Assembly (NCBI GenBank): GCA_026986115.1
Contig: JALSPG010000018.1
Coordinates: forward strand, 1 to 61,356
Source: Thermodesulfobacteriales bacterium
Lineage (GTDB): Bacteria; Desulfobacterota; Thermodesulfobacteria; Thermodesulfobacteriales; Thermodesulfatatoraceae
Direction: 5' to 3'
Length of the DNA: 61,356 nucleotides
Part shown: one piece after another, positions 59,045-61,356 of the stretch
How positions within the stretch are numbered: position 1 is the stretch's first letter
Layout: each line of letters opens with the position of its first letter
Translations under genes and position numbers: made by a program
Notes under the pieces: model-generated
Database searches by the model: none
What the model was told of the DNA's origin: nothing
Seen by the model: the letters and a program-made list of their open reading frames with translations, nothing else

Positions 59045-60010
59045 TTAAAAGACATAACCCATTTTAAACCAAACATTTTGCCCTTCTGTCATCTCACGGG
59101 CACCAAATTCAAATTGGGCCCGGAGAGAGAGGAAAAATCTGTGTTTTTGATACCATACTCCAGGACCAATAGCCCATACACGGCTTTGGTTGTCTTCTAG
59201 GTCTTTTAGGGCTGCGCGTAAGGCAGGAGGCCCTGAAAAATCGTCAAAATCAAAGTCGTCATTCTTTACCTGACGATAATAATATCCTGTAATTCCTAGA
59301 CGCAAATTCGGCCTTAGGGCGTAAGAGACACACCAATCGAAATGAAATTCCTGCCCTGGAGTGCGATCAATATTGACCCCCATGGGAGTGGGATAATCGT
59401 CCTGCTTGGTATTAAAGTCGTACATGAGTTTCAAAGAGGCTGCTAACTCAGGAGTAAACATATAAGTAATGGCGAAGACTGGCTCAATTGTCCAAAAATT
59501 TCGACCTACGCTTGCTAGATTATCGTCATCTTCGTTTGAGAGAGGAATATAAATATCGGCGATATCAAGCACCAGATGGAGTTTCCCTTGCATGAGGTGC
59601 CAAGAAAGAAGAAAAGGAGAGTAAATAAAATAGGGGACGTCAAAGTCGTCATAGTTTTTTTTGTGCTGAGGCCCTACAGGGGCTTTAAAGTCTAAGTCCA
59701 CATTTACCGCCAGTAGAAAAAAGTGTTGACCATAAGTGCCGCCTAAAATTTTCTTTTTGGTGAAATAAATAAAACGTAAAACTTCGGCCCAAACAGTAAT
59801 ATCATCAAAGACCGGCATTTCATCCCCGTCAGAGTCTTTGAGTTCGTCAGCCGTATAAAAATAGGCATAATTAAGGATGGTAAGTCCTGGAGGAGGAGCT
59901 GCCCCCACAAGGAAACCCTCTGCTCCCAGGGGATAGGCTTTTCCACCACCAGCGTAGACCAAAGAAGAAAAGCTCAAAATAAGGAGCAGGCCCGCTAAGA
60001 GGGATCTCAT
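59045..60010 (-). CDS. Outer-membrane beta-barrel channel, SphA/MetA-phenol (COG4313) family
   Basis: Signal peptide, GAEGF...PPPG, GRNFWT, PGQEFH, IGPG, C-terminal F. Confidence 0.8.
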   Translation of the reverse strand: MRSLLAGLLLILSFSSLVYAGGGKAYPLGAEGFLVGAAPPPGLTILNYAYFYTADELKDSDGDEMPVFDDITVWAEVLRFIYFTKKKILGGTYGQHFFLLAVNVDLDFKAPVGPQHKKNYDDFDVPYFIYSPFLLSWHLMQGKLHLVLDIADIYIPLSNEDDDNLASVGRNFWTIEPVFAITYMFTPELAASLKLMYDFNTKQDDYPTPMGVNIDRTPGQEFHFDWCVSYALRPNLRLGITGYYYRQVKNDDFDFDDFSGPPALRAALKDLEDNQSRVWAIGPGVWYQKHRFFLSLRAQFEFGAREMTEGQNVWFKMGYVF

Positions 60011-60070
60011 TTCCGCCTCCTTAAGCCAAAATTTTTTTCCTCTTAGCGGAAGCCCTTTAAAAGTGCAAGC

Positions 60071-61042
60071 TTAAACTACCATTTCCTGGTGATGTTCGAG
60101 CAGCTGGAGAAGCTTGTAGGGTGAAGTAAGACAAATTTCTGAAGCCTGGCAGCAATCACGGATAAAATTGCAGAAGGAGATAAATTCATTCAAGAGGTTT
60201 GTCTTGAGTTTATCTTTGCGGATGATGATGAGGAGTTGCCTGGTGATCTCAAGTTCGGGCACGCGGAGGATCTTAAGCCAGCCATTTTCAACTTCCCGAC
60301 AAATCGTAAGGACTGAAAGGCAGCTAAGCCCCATCCCAGCCTCAACGGCCTTTTTGATGGCCTCTGTGTGGCCAAGCTCCAGAAAGACCTCAAAATTGGA
60401 AATATATTTCGAGATGGCATTTTTGAAGATCTCCGCCGTGCCCGAACCTTCTTCTCGCATGATCCAGCGGGCTTCTGTGAGATCGTGAACGGTAATTTTT
60501 TCCTTTTGGGCAAGGGGATGCTGTGGGTTGGCAATGATGTTTAAGCGGTCTGTAAGCCATTCTTGGGATTCAATTTTGTTGCTATGTACAAGCCCTTCAA
60601 TAAAGCCGATATCAAGCCCCCCTTCTTCTACCTGTTGTTCGATTTGTCTGCTGTTTCCCACTACAAGATTTATATAGACTTTGGGATGTTCGCGTGTAAA
60701 GGCACTTACTACATAAGGCATGACATAGTTCCCAATGGTTGAACTCGCCCCTACATGGAGATGCCCTACAAGTTCTCCTTGGGGTTCTGAAAGCAGGAGT
60801 TCGATATTGCGCACCTTGTTGACAATCTCTCGTGCGTAAGGTAGCAAAAACCGCCCCCGATCATTTAAGATCAACTTTTTGCCCTGCCTGTCAAAAAGGG
60901 GACCGTTTAAAATGTTTTCCATCTCTGAAATGGCCATGCTCACCGCTGATTGGGTGAGATGAATTTTTTTGGCTGCACTTGTAACATGCCCTGTTTCTGC
61001 AACAGCTAAAAAAATTTCAAGCTGTCTAAGGGTTAAAGCCAA
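60071..61042 (-). CDS. LysR-family regulator (YeiE/CysL-like)
   Basis: TLRQLEIF...LTQSAVS HTH, GASSTIGNY, REEGSGT, EAIKKAVEAG. TTG start after GGAG. Confidence 0.93.
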   Translation of the reverse strand: MALTLRQLEIFLAVAETGHVTSAAKKIHLTQSAVSMAISEMENILNGPLFDRQGKKLILNDRGRFLLPYAREIVNKVRNIELLLSEPQGELVGHLHVGASSTIGNYVMPYVVSAFTREHPKVYINLVVGNSRQIEQQVEEGGLDIGFIEGLVHSNKIESQEWLTDRLNIIANPQHPLAQKEKITVHDLTEARWIMREEGSGTAEIFKNAISKYISNFEVFLELGHTEAIKKAVEAGMGLSCLSVLTICREVENGWLKILRVPELEITRQLLIIIRKDKLKTNLLNEFISFCNFIRDCCQASEICLTSPYKLLQLLEHHQEMVV

Positions 61043-61124
61043 TTTTTCTCCCCCCTTTGCCGGTATTGACTTTCTTTTGCCAATTTTCACTTTTTAGATT
61101 AGCAGAAACTTTTTTGAAAGATCA

Positions 61125-61139
61125 ATCAAATTTTTTGAT
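61125..61139. promoter_or_regulatory. LysR-type T-N11-A box
   Basis: ATC-AAATTTTTT-GAT palindrome in the divergent promoter upstream of the LysR gene. Confidence 0.5.
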
Positions 61140-61259
61140 AAAGTTTTGATCAATTTTTTTGAACAACTTAAAAAGAGAAAGGGAAGGGCAAAATGGTTGG
61201 ATTTTAAGACCGGAATGTTTAACTTCCTTCTAGGTTAAGTCTCGAATATGGGGTGGAGC

Positions 61260-61356
61260 ATGAGTGAAAAAGGAGAGGCTCAGGTGAAAGAAATAAATCT
61301 ACCGGCAGAAACAGAAAAAAAGGGGGAAGAACGCAAGGAGCTGCCGGTCATCCCTT
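61260..61356 (+). CDS. 5' end of a probable Lon protease (partial)
   Basis: MSEKGEAQVKEINLPAETEKKGEERKELPVIP after GGAG. ELPVIP(L) is typical of the Lon N-domain, but only 32 codons are visible. Confidence 0.5.
   Translation, partial: MSEKGEAQVKEINLPAETEKKGEERKELPVIP

Overview
Bacterial chromosomal window. Gene content (tetraheme cytochrome c3, class V FBP aldolase/phosphatase, TrpB2, DUF39, sigma54 promoters) suggests a thermophilic anaerobe of Thermodesulfobacteriota type; this is inference. About 1-17.7 kb is a defence island directly 3' of tRNA-fMet, with all genes on the minus strand. Its core is a DISARM-related trio: a DrmD-like SNF2 helicase, a DrmMI/Eco57I-like N6-adenine methyltransferase broken by a 1-nt frameshift, and a >1145-aa DEAD/DEAH (YprA/DruE-like) helicase that runs off the left edge and is missing from the ORF track. 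Interleaved are four toxin-antitoxin modules (two with broken toxins), hsdM/hsdS scraps, a very AT-rich two-ORF cassette of unknown function, an IS256 relic and a CGTC-type REP cluster. The most unusual signal is five degenerate 7-bp tandem arrays (CCCCACT/CCCGACT/CCCCATT) sitting inside the reading frames of all three core defence genes; I saw no comparable array elsewhere in the window. From 18 kb on the window is mostly housekeeping: two sigma54-driven amt paralogues without glnK, a MITE, a permease pseudogene, tyrS, ftsY, ilvE, a degenerate sigma54-activator-like protein, two tRNA-Ser, cytochrome c3, an RND pump, cysS, fbp, rne/rng, hom, recG, trpB2, a LysR regulator and the probable start of lon.
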